Positions 19,720-30,090 of a stretch of DNA of 64,000 bases are shown in pieces. Position numbers and translations under genes: made by a program. This stretch comes from a virus. The notes under the pieces are model-generated. The model was not told where the DNA came from. It was given only the letters and a program-made list of their open reading frames with translations, and did not search any database. The number at the start of each line of letters is the position of its first letter. Position 1 is the stretch's first letter. The stretch is from the IMG/VR virus record IMGVR_UViG_3300041407_000094, positions 17,123-81,122 of that record; one strand, 5' to 3'.

Positions 19720-20876
19720 TTGTTTCTCTCCTAAAACATTAATTTAAATTATCAAAACACCAGCTCTTTAAAACATCCCAGTGATTGCATGCCACTGTTC
19801 TTCTACAAACCGAATCCCTTTGCAATATTCATAGTTATAAGGTCCGTTCAACCATTTCTCCATATGTTGCTCAAGGGCTGTCACACTGAGATTACAAGCG
19901 TAGTCACAATCAGAAAGAGCCTCTTGATAACAATCTGATTCTGTCGATTCATTTAAGGCAGTTTGCAAGCGTTCTTTTAGTTGTTGAAGAGGGTTCATTA
20001 TCAATCCAAGCACCATCACACAGTTCGTTGTTGCCAGTTTTTATATCAAAGTCTTTAACTTTATATTCAGCACCATACGTGAACCCACACGATGTTGGTG
20101 TGCCAAGTAACCTAACTTTCATAAATTTCTCCTCTGGATATCTAAATTCCTATTTCAAGCTATTTCTCAACTGTGCTAATTCCTCCCGCAATCTGTCCAC
20201 CACTTCCACATTATTACTAGCAATGCAGTCAGATATTACCCCTCTAGTTCGTCTATTGAATCTAGTATCTGCGCCTCAATATCTATATCAAACTCAGGTT
20301 CATTTAGGTGGGTTGTAGGCTGAGATTTCAAGCCCTCTAGTCGCATGAGTTGTGTGAAAGTATCTACGGACATAAGACCATATCTGACCATCTTATTTCT
20401 CCTCAATTTCTATCTGATTAATTATGTGAGATAAGCTCTACTTCTCACCACCCAAACAATACCCCAATTTCCCTCACAAAACAACCCTTTCATGCGGCTT
20501 TTTGTATGTTTAAGCCACGTTAGGGATTAGTTGATACAAGGGCAAGCCAAAGCAATAATCCCTGTTTAATTCCACTCCAAAACACTATTCTTCAGTGTCT
20601 GCATCAACTCTTTATAATCCATCTCTCCCGGCTCTTGAAATTTCTTCAAAGATTCTTCCAGCCACAAAGCTTCCACACCATCACATTCTATAAAATCCAC
20701 AAGAGGAGTGTCTAGAATGTAGGCGTGTCCTTCATTTGTGTAAATTGTCTGCCCTGTAAGCCTACACACAAAATCTTCATTAGCTTCGATAATGGCTTCG
20801 ATAATGTAACACCCATTATGCTCTGATAGGAGTTTACTTTGGAGAATGACCTTTTCGCCTATGCTAAAGAGGTGGT

Positions 20877-21062
20877 TCATGATTTATCCTCTTTAGTGAG
20901 CACACGCTGGCTGACATTGCCCGCAACATACGCACTAATGATAACCATTGTCAGTGACTGAAACACATCTGGTGGGAGCGTACCACTCCATAAACACACG
21001 AAGAACAGGAGCTGTGTAATGGATATGAGAAGAAACTTACGAGATAGAAATTTATCAGACAT
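20877..21062 (-). CDS. small two-TM membrane protein, holin-like
   Basis: LSRKFLL, two hydrophobic helices, AYVAGNV and a charged tail. Confidence 0.5.
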   Translation of the reverse strand: MSDKFLSRKFLLISITQLLFFVCLWSGTLPPDVFQSLTMVIISAYVAGNVSQRVLTKEDKS

Positions 21063-23445
21063 TCTCTTCGTCCTCATCAGTTAGAATTTTACCATGTTTA
21101 TACAATTCAGCACAGACATTCTGGTGAATACGAATAGTCCCTTGAATACCAGACTCCATATGCAAGATGCTCCCACGCTTTCTCTCGGAAGAATCCCACT
21201 CCCAAACGATTGTTTCAGCATAGCGACCTCCGTACATGGAGGAGCTTTCTCTATCGATTGTAGACACATAAAATGCCTTATCTTCTTTTGTTTCGTTTGA
21301 ATAAAACACATAGGTTTGGATAAGGGTTTTGTTTGGTCCACGTTCTTCTGAATAACTCATGCTCCATCCTCGCAAAATAATGTATCTTCCACATAATCCC
21401 TACAAGCCAAGGCATAATTATACCGGGCCTGTTTAAGCTCCTCCTTCGCCAGAATGTACTCTAAAGATCCGTCTAGAGAAGTCTTAGCTGTCTTATAGCT
21501 TTGTTCAGCTAACGTTAGGATTTTACGAAGCTCTGTTAGTTCGTTCATTTCACCAATCCCTTCGCAAACATCATTGCATCACTCACATTTCCAAATGTCT
21601 TAGCAATGTTGTTAAAGATTACAGTCCAAACATTATCTTTGTTTTTGAATGGGAGGATTCCCAATCCGTTAATGGTCATTAGTTCTGCTGAATTACTCAT
21701 TTAGTTTCTCCTAGGATCGTGCCTATCATTCGTCGAGAACATTATGCACAGAATTATAAAAGGATAAAAGAGGAGGCAAAATACTAGGAACATTATCCAT
21801 TACCCCTCATAGCCAAATCGATTGCATTATTAATATCTTCTTCACTGGACTCTGTGCTCCCCATACTTGCAAAGAAGTCACGGGATTCTTCACTCAAACT
21901 GTCCCACTCAATAGCGCACTGAGACAGGAGGAAGGTCCACCGTTCGTGATTCAGAATCTGTTCAGCGGATGGACGCTTTGCTACTGTCACGCGCTTAGTT
22001 TTAACCGACATTACCTTTCTCCCTTACCAGTCAATATCAATTGTATAGTTACCAGCTTCAATCAAGCCTTTTGTATGTAGGTCATTTGCAATCATTTGAA
22101 CATCTGGATAGAAGTTACGTTCCCACCAAAGACCAAGACTCCAACTACCATTCTCATTTGGAATTGATTTCTTTGGATCACGCTCAAGCCAAGCTTTGAA
22201 ACTAACTCCCATATCTTCATGGTTAACGACTTCTGGAACTGTGTCATTCTCATAGTCATAAGCTTCTTGAGGAATTGTAATCTGAACACGTTGACGTTCT
22301 TTACAACCATCTTGTTGCTGGAAACTGTAAGGCTTACCATAAGTGTCAATTACTAGTTGATCCCAATCACCAACATCAATGACTTGTTCTGTTCGTGTAC
22401 TGATCTTCATAACCATCTCTCCTCTCTATCCTACATAACATATCTATTTCATTTATTTCAGCGCTTTTAACGCCATGTCTTGTGTGTTGATTATGGTAGG
22501 TTTTGGTGGATGTGTCAAGTATAAATTATCCAGCTATCATACTCTTCTGACCAATGAGAGAACTCCTCCATCTCTGTAAACTCTCGTGAACCGGGGAGAT
22601 AAATCACATCGTGATCAGCAGCTAGCCATTCATCACCAAAACCACGATCATCAAGAAATTGCAAGGCTTGAAGCAAACTTTTCACTGTACTCATTCTGTT
22701 TTCTCTTTGTTGTTGATGAAAAAGATACATGCATTCACATCTTTGACACTCACTTCCATACACAACCACGGTTGATAACGAGGAGCTGTCTCTACCAGAT
22801 ACCGATAGCAAAGCTCCTTTCGTGGGCAGTTTGTGCCAACGCATTTACTATAGGTTGACACTAGACATACTCCACTTTTTCTGTCATCACTTGAGTAACT
22901 TTACGTGTCAAGCCTTCCTTCTCAACACTGATGTCAAACAAACCTTCACCAGAGCTGTGATAAGCTTTCACTTGTGCGTAAGTACCATTATCATTTGCAA
23001 TATAGAACTGAATGATCTTTGAATAACTCTTTTCTAACAAAGTTTCCTTGTTCAACAGCTCGTCAGGCTCATAGTTGTGCAGGATACACCAATCTTCAAA
23101 TTCTGAACGGTAGTTAAATCGCATTAGTTTTTCTTCTCCCAAGATATACAATGATTATAACCATCATGATGTCTTACATATTTACAAGATAGATAATTCA
23201 TTCGCCCTCCTACATCATTTGTGTATTTAGGGTGCGAGCAACGCCATTCAAGGAGTGTCATATACCGCAATTGTAGAGGGAAGCATTTGTATTTGCAATC
23301 TGTGCAGGTTTTCATTTATTAATCCTTAGTAAATTTACCCTTACCCAGTAGCCAAGCTTGAAGGCTGTACGGTAGTCAGTATGTATTTTTGTAATAACTT
23401 CCCAGTCAGTTTTCTTGCATTTCACACCGCAAAGAAAGGCATAGA

Positions 23446-23709
23446 TCATTTAATAGCCTCCGGCTTGTCTGGTAAAGACATCCAATGTGAAACAATAGGA
23501 CGATTACAGAACCCCGGACCATCTGCAACAGTTTCCACAAACTCACAATGATCCTCAATTCCTAGCCAATAACCACCATCATCATGGTTGCTGTCTGTTT
23601 GCCACCTGTCAATCTCAATAGAGAAGTCAGGATCACCCGCCCACTTGACACAGATCAAAGCGTCTGCTGATTTAGTTGGCGGAGATAGTTTAAAATTATT
23701 CCATGTCAT
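23446..23709 (-). CDS. DUF551-like protein
   Basis: VSHWMSLPDKP C-terminal signature. Confidence 0.6.
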   Translation of the reverse strand: MTWNNFKLSPPTKSADALICVKWAGDPDFSIEIDRWQTDSNHDDGGYWLGIEDHCEFVETVADGPGFCNRPIVSHWMSLPDKPEAIK

Positions 23710-24895
23710 TTGATTACCTCCAATTCAGTTAATACCTTTAAGTTCTTTCAGTATGTCTGTGATCCAAAGCTGCTCTTTACCAATTAACTTCTCAACTCTT
23801 GAGTCAAGCACTTTGACAAGAGTTTTATATTTACCAACCTCTAGAATTTCTACTTTAAAGCAGATGTTTCCGTCAGATGTTTGTTGAGTGATTATATCAC
23901 CTATTTTTAGTTTCATTCTCCAACCCTCCGCAATTCATTAACCAAAACATAACATCTACCGGTAGTTTTGTCCATCCCCATCACGCAGATATGTTCACCC
24001 TTACCTAGCTCATCAGGAGAGGTTCCAACACGAATTAGTAGCTCTTTTCCCGCCAACTCTTCCCATTTGAAGGTGGGGTTTGCTAGGGTGTCTTTAGTGA
24101 ATAAGGGAGTCATCAGAAAACATCCTCTTCCTCATAAACCATGTTGATTCCTTTACCATACTCCTTGTAATAACCTTTTGGACATTTGGAATATGAATAT
24201 TCTTTCCAGTCTGTAATAGTTAACACACGCTCAGGATACTGCTCAATTGTAAATTTGTCTCCTTCGCGGATACCATACCAAGCTCCGTTGCAGACGTAAT
24301 ACTTACCTGTTGACTGCTCAATTATACACAACAGATTGGATTCCTTTGAAAACATATAGACATCTTTCATTTAATCATCTCCTTAGCAGCCCACACTATA
24401 ATTTCCATTGCTATTTCTTGTCGGTCATCGAAAGCATACGAACCAAAATACTTATATTCCGTTTGTTCAATAGCCCATTGTATCTCTTCCGTGCTGAAAT
24501 GTATTGGAGCTTTTTGCTCAGCACTCCAAGATGTACGTTCCATGTAGAATTGATTGTATGTCCAGTGGTCGAAGATCATTTATATTTCTCCAGAAAATTA
24601 CTAGCTTCCTCATTAAGATTCTCAAGAACTTCTGCATAAATCAAAGCTACACCTTCAAGCTCAGAGATAGCACCTTCATATTCATAATGAGCATAAGCAT
24701 TCTTGATATCGGAGATAACTTTATAGGCGTCACTCAACTCTTCTTTGAGTTTCAAGTTTTCTAGTACATAGTCAGAAAGGTTCATTCTTCATCCTCCAAA
24801 TTTATAAATAGAGTAACACGCCCAACCTAGAAATGCTGCCACCATTACTATACAAGTCAACATCGTTCCAAGCCAAATATTTAGTTCCTCACGGC

Positions 24896-25291
24896 TCATT
24901 TCATCTCTCCCAAACGTTCATTAATACGCTGACGATTAATTTCAATAGCTTCTTGTGTAGGGATGTAGTCTCCAAACCACCAGCTATTGATCCCTTCAAT
25001 CAAACTGTCTTTCTCAATAGGATTTACTTTATATCCACGACTGACAGCTTCATTGCACAGAGAATAATACCGCTTGGTGATGAAGTCAAGCTTATCGTAA
25101 AAATGAAGCACATGGCCTGTACCCATTGTGTAAGCTGATGGTTGTTTGATCTTTTCTTTGAAATTGTATTTGTTAATTTTTCTATCTTGTGCCTTACGGA
25201 CAAGACCAAAGACACGCGTTATCTCGTGGATTTCAGCGACCAAGTGTTTCGGGTGCAGTTCAGATGGGGCGATAACATTGATTCGTGTCAT
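24896..25291 (-). CDS. denV: pyrimidine-dimer DNA glycosylase / endonuclease V
   Basis: MTRINV..PSEL...HL.AE..EI.RVFG.VRK, MGTGHV..FYDKL, GDYIPT.EAI..N..RI matches T4 DenV, including Thr2 and Glu23 equivalents. Confidence 0.93.
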   Translation of the reverse strand: MTRINVIAPSELHPKHLVAEIHEITRVFGLVRKAQDRKINKYNFKEKIKQPSAYTMGTGHVLHFYDKLDFITKRYYSLCNEAVSRGYKVNPIEKDSLIEGINSWWFGDYIPTQEAIEINRQRINERLGEMK

Positions 25292-25323
25292 GAGAGTCTT
25301 CTGTGAGAAGGGCTGATGTGAGA

Positions 25324-25359
25324 ACAATACAGACAAAAGAAAAGGCCGTCAAGCGGCCT
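25324..25359 (-). terminator. terminator hairpin with -35 box over its loop, promoter for denV
   Basis: AGGCCG-CTTGA-CGGCCT-TTTCTTTT; TTGACG-17-TATTGT. Confidence 0.65.
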
Positions 25360-25915
25360 GTGAGGTTTATTTGTGTTTATCTGCTTCAGCCATTAATTCC
25401 TTAGCAGTCTTCGCAATACGTTCTTTCCAAACCTTCTCAGCCTCTTGCCAAGTATTCCTGTTGTAATTGCAAGGACCAACAAGATTGGCTGCTACAAGCA
25501 TGTATTGGTCAAATCTTGACATTTCATTACCCATCATTCTTACTCGTATTTAGATTTATCACAAGACAATATCATTTCAGCTTGTCCTTTCCAGTTGAAA
25601 TTAAGTTGCTCTTGCATATCTTTGTAAGAAAATCCTAGACGTTTCATAGCATGAAGTGCTTCCTTACGAGCTTCAAGGAAATCCCCCCACCATTTGTATG
25701 ATTCGTCAAATTGTTTTAGTTCTTGTGTGTTCATACCACTAGCTCCAATTCATGTTCCATGAAAGGCCATTGTGCATAAAGATCTTCATCACTGCCGACG
25801 TAAAATGGATCTATGATGTAGATTAGATCTTCATTAATAGAACTGATTGTGTGTTCAGAACCTACAGTAAAAGCTGTGTATACAGCCTCAACTATTTTAA
25901 CTTTATCACCAGTTT

Positions 25916-27292
25916 TCATTTTTGATCCACCTTTACAAATTCTTTGGAGCCGATAACATCATTCCATGCTTCGACCATTGCTGAATGTAACAATTCACCT
26001 GCACTTGCTCGGCACTGAAAACTGTCATGCCAACACAGAACAACTTCACCAGACTGTAGCATCAAATCAATCACTCGTAAAGCAATTTCGCTATCAAGAT
26101 TTTGTAACCAAATACCCTTATCTTGAAAGAAATCCTTAGAAATCAAATGGTTGTGTGCACAAACTACCATTAACACCTGTTTAGTATCAGGTTTAATCAG
26201 CCCAACATACTCACGATCTGCTATGTTTTTCTTACCGTCGGTGAACAATTCATGGGATAGACTAGACCATGCACGATCAAAACTATCACAATTCAACGCC
26301 CTCATAACAGCATGTTTCATAAAGGATCGCGCGGGATTATATTTCTTAATACCAAACCGAAGTTTGTGTTCTTCCACTGCTACATGGTCCACACGAAGGC
26401 ATGATTCATCAGCACCATACGGGTCTACATCTTTTGAAACCAAATCAAGAATTTGAGGCTCTTTTTGAGACAAAATTTCTAGAAGAATTCTTGGGTGGTT
26501 TGCTGAATAGTCCCACTCCTGAACAGATTCACCCTCAATTGTGATGGCAGACAAGCGTAATTCTTGAGGAACAAGCTGAATACTTCCTCCGTGTGCAAAC
26601 AACCGACCACCACTATTGAAGTCACCACTGAAACTACGATGGTATTCTAGCAAAGGGACCTCTTTACCATTAAATCGGATGTCAACACTTGACAAACTCT
26701 CATTGTAACGAGCCATTTCCTGAGCCATCTTGTCAATCATGCCTGTTTTCTCTACTTCGATCATCTCTTTTGTCTTCCTATCTTTCAAAATAATAGGGTA
26801 ATCCATAGCAACGCTAGGGACGTGTAATTCTAATTGTTTCTTGTCAAACAAGTCAACCAGTTTTTGATTGAATCGGACAACACTCATATAAGAAAAGTCT
26901 TCATTTCGATAGTCATGACTGCCTTTGAGAACATAAATGTATTCATTTTCGCTCATATAACCAAGAACAGAATTAATTCCACGAGCACTAATACCACAAT
27001 CGTTACCTGTCCAGTAGGCAGATTGTAGCTTTACAGAGAAACCCATGTAGTTGTCTCTTAACGATCTTGCTGTATTAGTGAAGAACCATTGTACTGCTTC
27101 AAACTTCTTGTACTTTAATTCTTTGTTCACTTGATCAACAAGATGGTTATATGCTTTGTTTGGTGATCTGTAAGGCTTACCTTTAGCTGTAGTGATGAGA
27201 ACAGAATATAACTCTCTACCAACTAAATCTCTTACCTTATATACTACATCTTTCTTCTCTTTCTCATCTATTATATTACTAATCTCACTCAT
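25916..27292 (-). CDS. superfamily A / T7-RNAP-like polymerase-fold protein (TV-Pol-like)
   Basis: Ordered motifs SGGRLF, EWDYSANHPRIL (A), RSFMKHAVM (B), LQNLDSEI, LCWHDSF (C); 458 aa. Confidence 0.7.
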   Translation of the reverse strand: MSEISNIIDEKEKKDVVYKVRDLVGRELYSVLITTAKGKPYRSPNKAYNHLVDQVNKELKYKKFEAVQWFFTNTARSLRDNYMGFSVKLQSAYWTGNDCGISARGINSVLGYMSENEYIYVLKGSHDYRNEDFSYMSVVRFNQKLVDLFDKKQLELHVPSVAMDYPIILKDRKTKEMIEVEKTGMIDKMAQEMARYNESLSSVDIRFNGKEVPLLEYHRSFSGDFNSGGRLFAHGGSIQLVPQELRLSAITIEGESVQEWDYSANHPRILLEILSQKEPQILDLVSKDVDPYGADESCLRVDHVAVEEHKLRFGIKKYNPARSFMKHAVMRALNCDSFDRAWSSLSHELFTDGKKNIADREYVGLIKPDTKQVLMVVCAHNHLISKDFFQDKGIWLQNLDSEIALRVIDLMLQSGEVVLCWHDSFQCRASAGELLHSAMVEAWNDVIGSKEFVKVDQK

Positions 27293-27732
27293 ACATACCT
27301 ATCTCCTTCCAAGCCACTATAATAGAAACGCTTTGGTTAAAAAATGATCAGCCCACTAATTAAGTGAAATCCAGACAACCATAATCTCACACTCACCCTT
27401 CCAAATACAAGGTTGAATTCACTGTTTATTGAGTGGTTTCAGGAGATTTACCTAATCCTCAATCCCATCATCAAAATGTCTACGGATCAAATACTGTCGC
27501 CACTCTTCACTTACTTCATAGTCTTTCTTCGTGTGGTTTTCAAAGAAATACATAGACCAACCACTACTACTAATGATACCACCTTCTTGGATAGGCTTTC
27601 CCCAAGATTCCTCTACATTCAGCACTTCACCTTCAACGTACGTTGATGCAAGATAGCGTGATTTACTAAGGACAACTGAGGAATATTTCTTTCCTGAATG
27701 TAAATGTGTAACGTACCAAGCTTTAAGGTTGT

Positions 27733-27882
27733 TCATTCTTCATCCTCCCAATATTCAAGTTCTTCTTCAAACTCAAAGTCATCATAAGGACCATCAGCTT
27801 CCAGTTGAGCTTTACGTTCTGCACGTAGATCAGCTTGATGTCCTTCATCAGAATAGTATTCATCCCAATCTTGTTCGTTCAT
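27733..27882 (-). CDS. very acidic 49-aa micro-protein
   Basis: MNEQDWDEYY...EEELEYWEDEE; 21 of 49 residues Asp/Glu; ATGA overlap with the next gene. Confidence 0.55.
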   Translation of the reverse strand: MNEQDWDEYYSDEGHQADLRAERKAQLEADGPYDDFEFEEELEYWEDEE

Positions 27883-28598
27883 ATTATTGCCCCTTAAGCC
27901 CATAACGGCGTTTGAGTGTAGAGGACGCTAGTCCGTATCCCCTCACCAGTTTCTTTCTGGAGTAGACGTACATCTTCTACTGTGATTTGTTTCACTGTAA
28001 GTCCTCCCAAATCTTTTTAAGATGTTTCTTCTTGATATCAGGGAATGCTTCAACAATATCCTCAAAGAAAATTCTATGGAAAGACTTGAAGTACTTGTCA
28101 GCCATCCATTGTTCAATCTCTTCAACCAAGGCATCAAATTTCTCTTGTTTCATTTCACTCTCCGAACATTAGCCCAGTGTTCAACACCAAATTGATCACG
28201 TTTAAACTCTCCAGACACCTCACCTTCAAAGGTTACATCAAGCTTCATGTTTGTGCGAACATTCTTCTTATATACTGACTGGAAGGTTGTACCTGTGGTT
28301 TCGTAGTCCGATACCCAAGGACTGGACTCTTCTGTGATTTCAGAGGCACTGATAGGAAACACTTCAAAATCTTCTGGCAAGCTCTCAATCCAACTGATAA
28401 ATTCTTTCTTGTTCATCACTCTTCTCCCTTCCACACTACATCAAACCTCGGCTTACCCTCTAACGAGGGCTTACACACATCAGCTAGCTTCCTGACATAC
28501 GTATCATAATCCATAAAATTCCCTACGAGGAAGAATATTCCCTGATCATTCATGACAAGCATCTCCTTCTCACGTAGCTTAAGCTTCTGTCCCGTAGA

Positions 28599-29256
28599 TG
28601 TGTCGATTATTTTGAATTTCTTTTTCATTTGTTATTGTCCAAGTGGTATGGAATTTTAAAGTCGCTCAGGTGGATACGTTCAACAGTGCCGTCTTCAAAT
28701 ATGACATCAACCTTAGACCATTCATCACAAGGCTCGTTGTAATCCATTTTACGCCGTTGTACTTTGACAGGAACACCACCATACAAACCAACATCAGTTA
28801 GAAGCTCACTGTGATAACGTACAGTATAACTGCCCCATATTCATCATCAAGAGCTGCAATTGTAGGATAAAACTTCTCATCTTCTTTTACCAAGCTTAGG
28901 ATAAAATCCCTTACTTTCAAGGCTGCTTCTTCAGACACAAATCGAATGTAGACATCACTTTTACGTGCGGATTGGGTAGAGACAGCAATAGGCTCATCAT
29001 CCATAAAATACACATTCATACCAACATGGGTATCTGTACACAACCACTGTGTAAGGGCATAACCTTTTACATGTTCATCGAAACGTTCGTCCCAACCCAA
29101 CCACTCATTAATATTCAGAGCTTGACAGAAAGCATCAATATCAGCACTGTCTTCGTTCTTCTCGGAACGGTCTACCTTGGCAATCAGTTCACGTAGCTTC
29201 ATTTTTATATCTCCGCATTGGTTGCTGTGTCGATTATTTTGAATTTCTTTTTCATT
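28599..29256. repeat. 31-bp exact direct repeat flanking one gene
   Basis: TGTGTCGATTATTTTGAATTTCTTTTTCATT at 28599-28629 and 29226-29256. Confidence 0.9.
28625..29202 (-). pseudogene. frameshifted paralog of gene 30091-30678
   Basis: N-terminal ~125 aa align with 30091-30678 (WLCTDT.VG, QSARK); homology continues in the -1 frame after the G4 run (28833-28836) to a TGA at 28625. Confidence 0.75.
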
Positions 29257-29832
29257 CTACAATCTCAGAAGGTTTGTCTGGCCTGAAGTTCTCACAGATA
29301 GCTTTCACCAAAGCATCCTCTTCTTCATCCATCTTAGCTGCATTCATAAATTTATAAGCCTCAACATCACCTACGAACCTAGCTACAATCATCCTGCCTT
29401 TGTGTACGGCCCAACGGTAAGGCCTGTGCCACTCATGCAATTCTCTAACTTCCCAAGTGGCCATGTGGCTACCCTCCAAAGCTTCTATACAGGGATAGGA
29501 TTTCTTCCTCAGTGTTTCGTTGATAGTGCCGACCTTCAAAAGAAAAATAGAAATACTGACGGTTTGCACAAAAGCCTGTGGAAATTACACTTTTCATTTA
29601 CTCAACTCCTTGATCTGCTTTTCGAGCTCGTAATTCAAGATATTCAATTGGTTACGAAGGGTTGTCAAGTGGTCTTGTAGAACCATGCACTCTTCACGAT
29701 CTGATGCGCTATTAGCACAAGCTGCCCTTTCAAACTCTTTATAGCAGTAGCCGGTAGCCATCAATTCTTGGTTTACGTTTGCAATGCCCATTTTGTATCT
29801 CCCTCTGTTGGGTTTGTCTTTCAGTAGGTGTA

Positions 29833-29861
29833 ATCTTAACCTCATCACCAACCCCTGTCAA
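29833..29861 (-). promoter_or_regulatory. leftward sigma70 promoter heading the early region
   Basis: TTGACA-17-TAAGAT. Confidence 0.75.
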
Positions 29862-29896
29862 CCCTTCCTTCGAAAAATCTTCTGACAGAGTGTAGA

Positions 29897-29961
29897 TAAA
29901 TCTACCAAACAAATTTGCTGGGTAAATCTACTGAATAAATTTACCAAATGGGTTTACCAAA
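29897..29961. repeat. five tandem degenerate 13-bp repeats
   Basis: TAAATCTACCAAA / CAAATTTGCTGGG / TAAATCTACTGAA / TAAATTTACCAAA / TGGGTTTACCAAA. Confidence 0.75.
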
Positions 29962-30029
29962 GGAGGGTTTCCCTGAATTGAGAGCTTAGAGAATATTTTT
30001 AAATCAGTGCGTAATTTTACAAATTACCC

Positions 30030-30057
30030 TTGACAGGTGTGTAGGAACATGTAAACT
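30030..30057 (+). promoter_or_regulatory. rightward sigma70 promoter
   Basis: TTGACA-16-TAAACT, preceded by the GTAATTT/AAATTAC inverted repeat. Confidence 0.65.
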
Positions 30058-30090
30058 GAGGCCAATCGAAAACCCTGAAGGAGCATAATC

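Larger units (their letters stand above)
12033..24785 (-). other. cluster of dozens of small early/host-takeover hypothetical genes
   Basis: Tightly packed 50-200 aa ORFs on the minus strand with RBSs, overlapping start/stop codons and interspersed sigma70 promoters. Confidence 0.85.

Noticed and set aside
22778-22840. c-di-GMP-I riboswitch or hammerhead ribozyme
   Set aside because: GGCACAAAC and GAAA are suggestive, but the required GCAAA/receptor and CUGANGA cores are missing. Kept only as an unclassified structure.
25916-27292. Calling this a standard T7-type RNA polymerase or DNA polymerase I
   Set aside because: It is too short, lacks the motif B YG and has no exonuclease domain, and no set of phage-specific promoter repeats was found. 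Reported only as a polymerase-fold protein.
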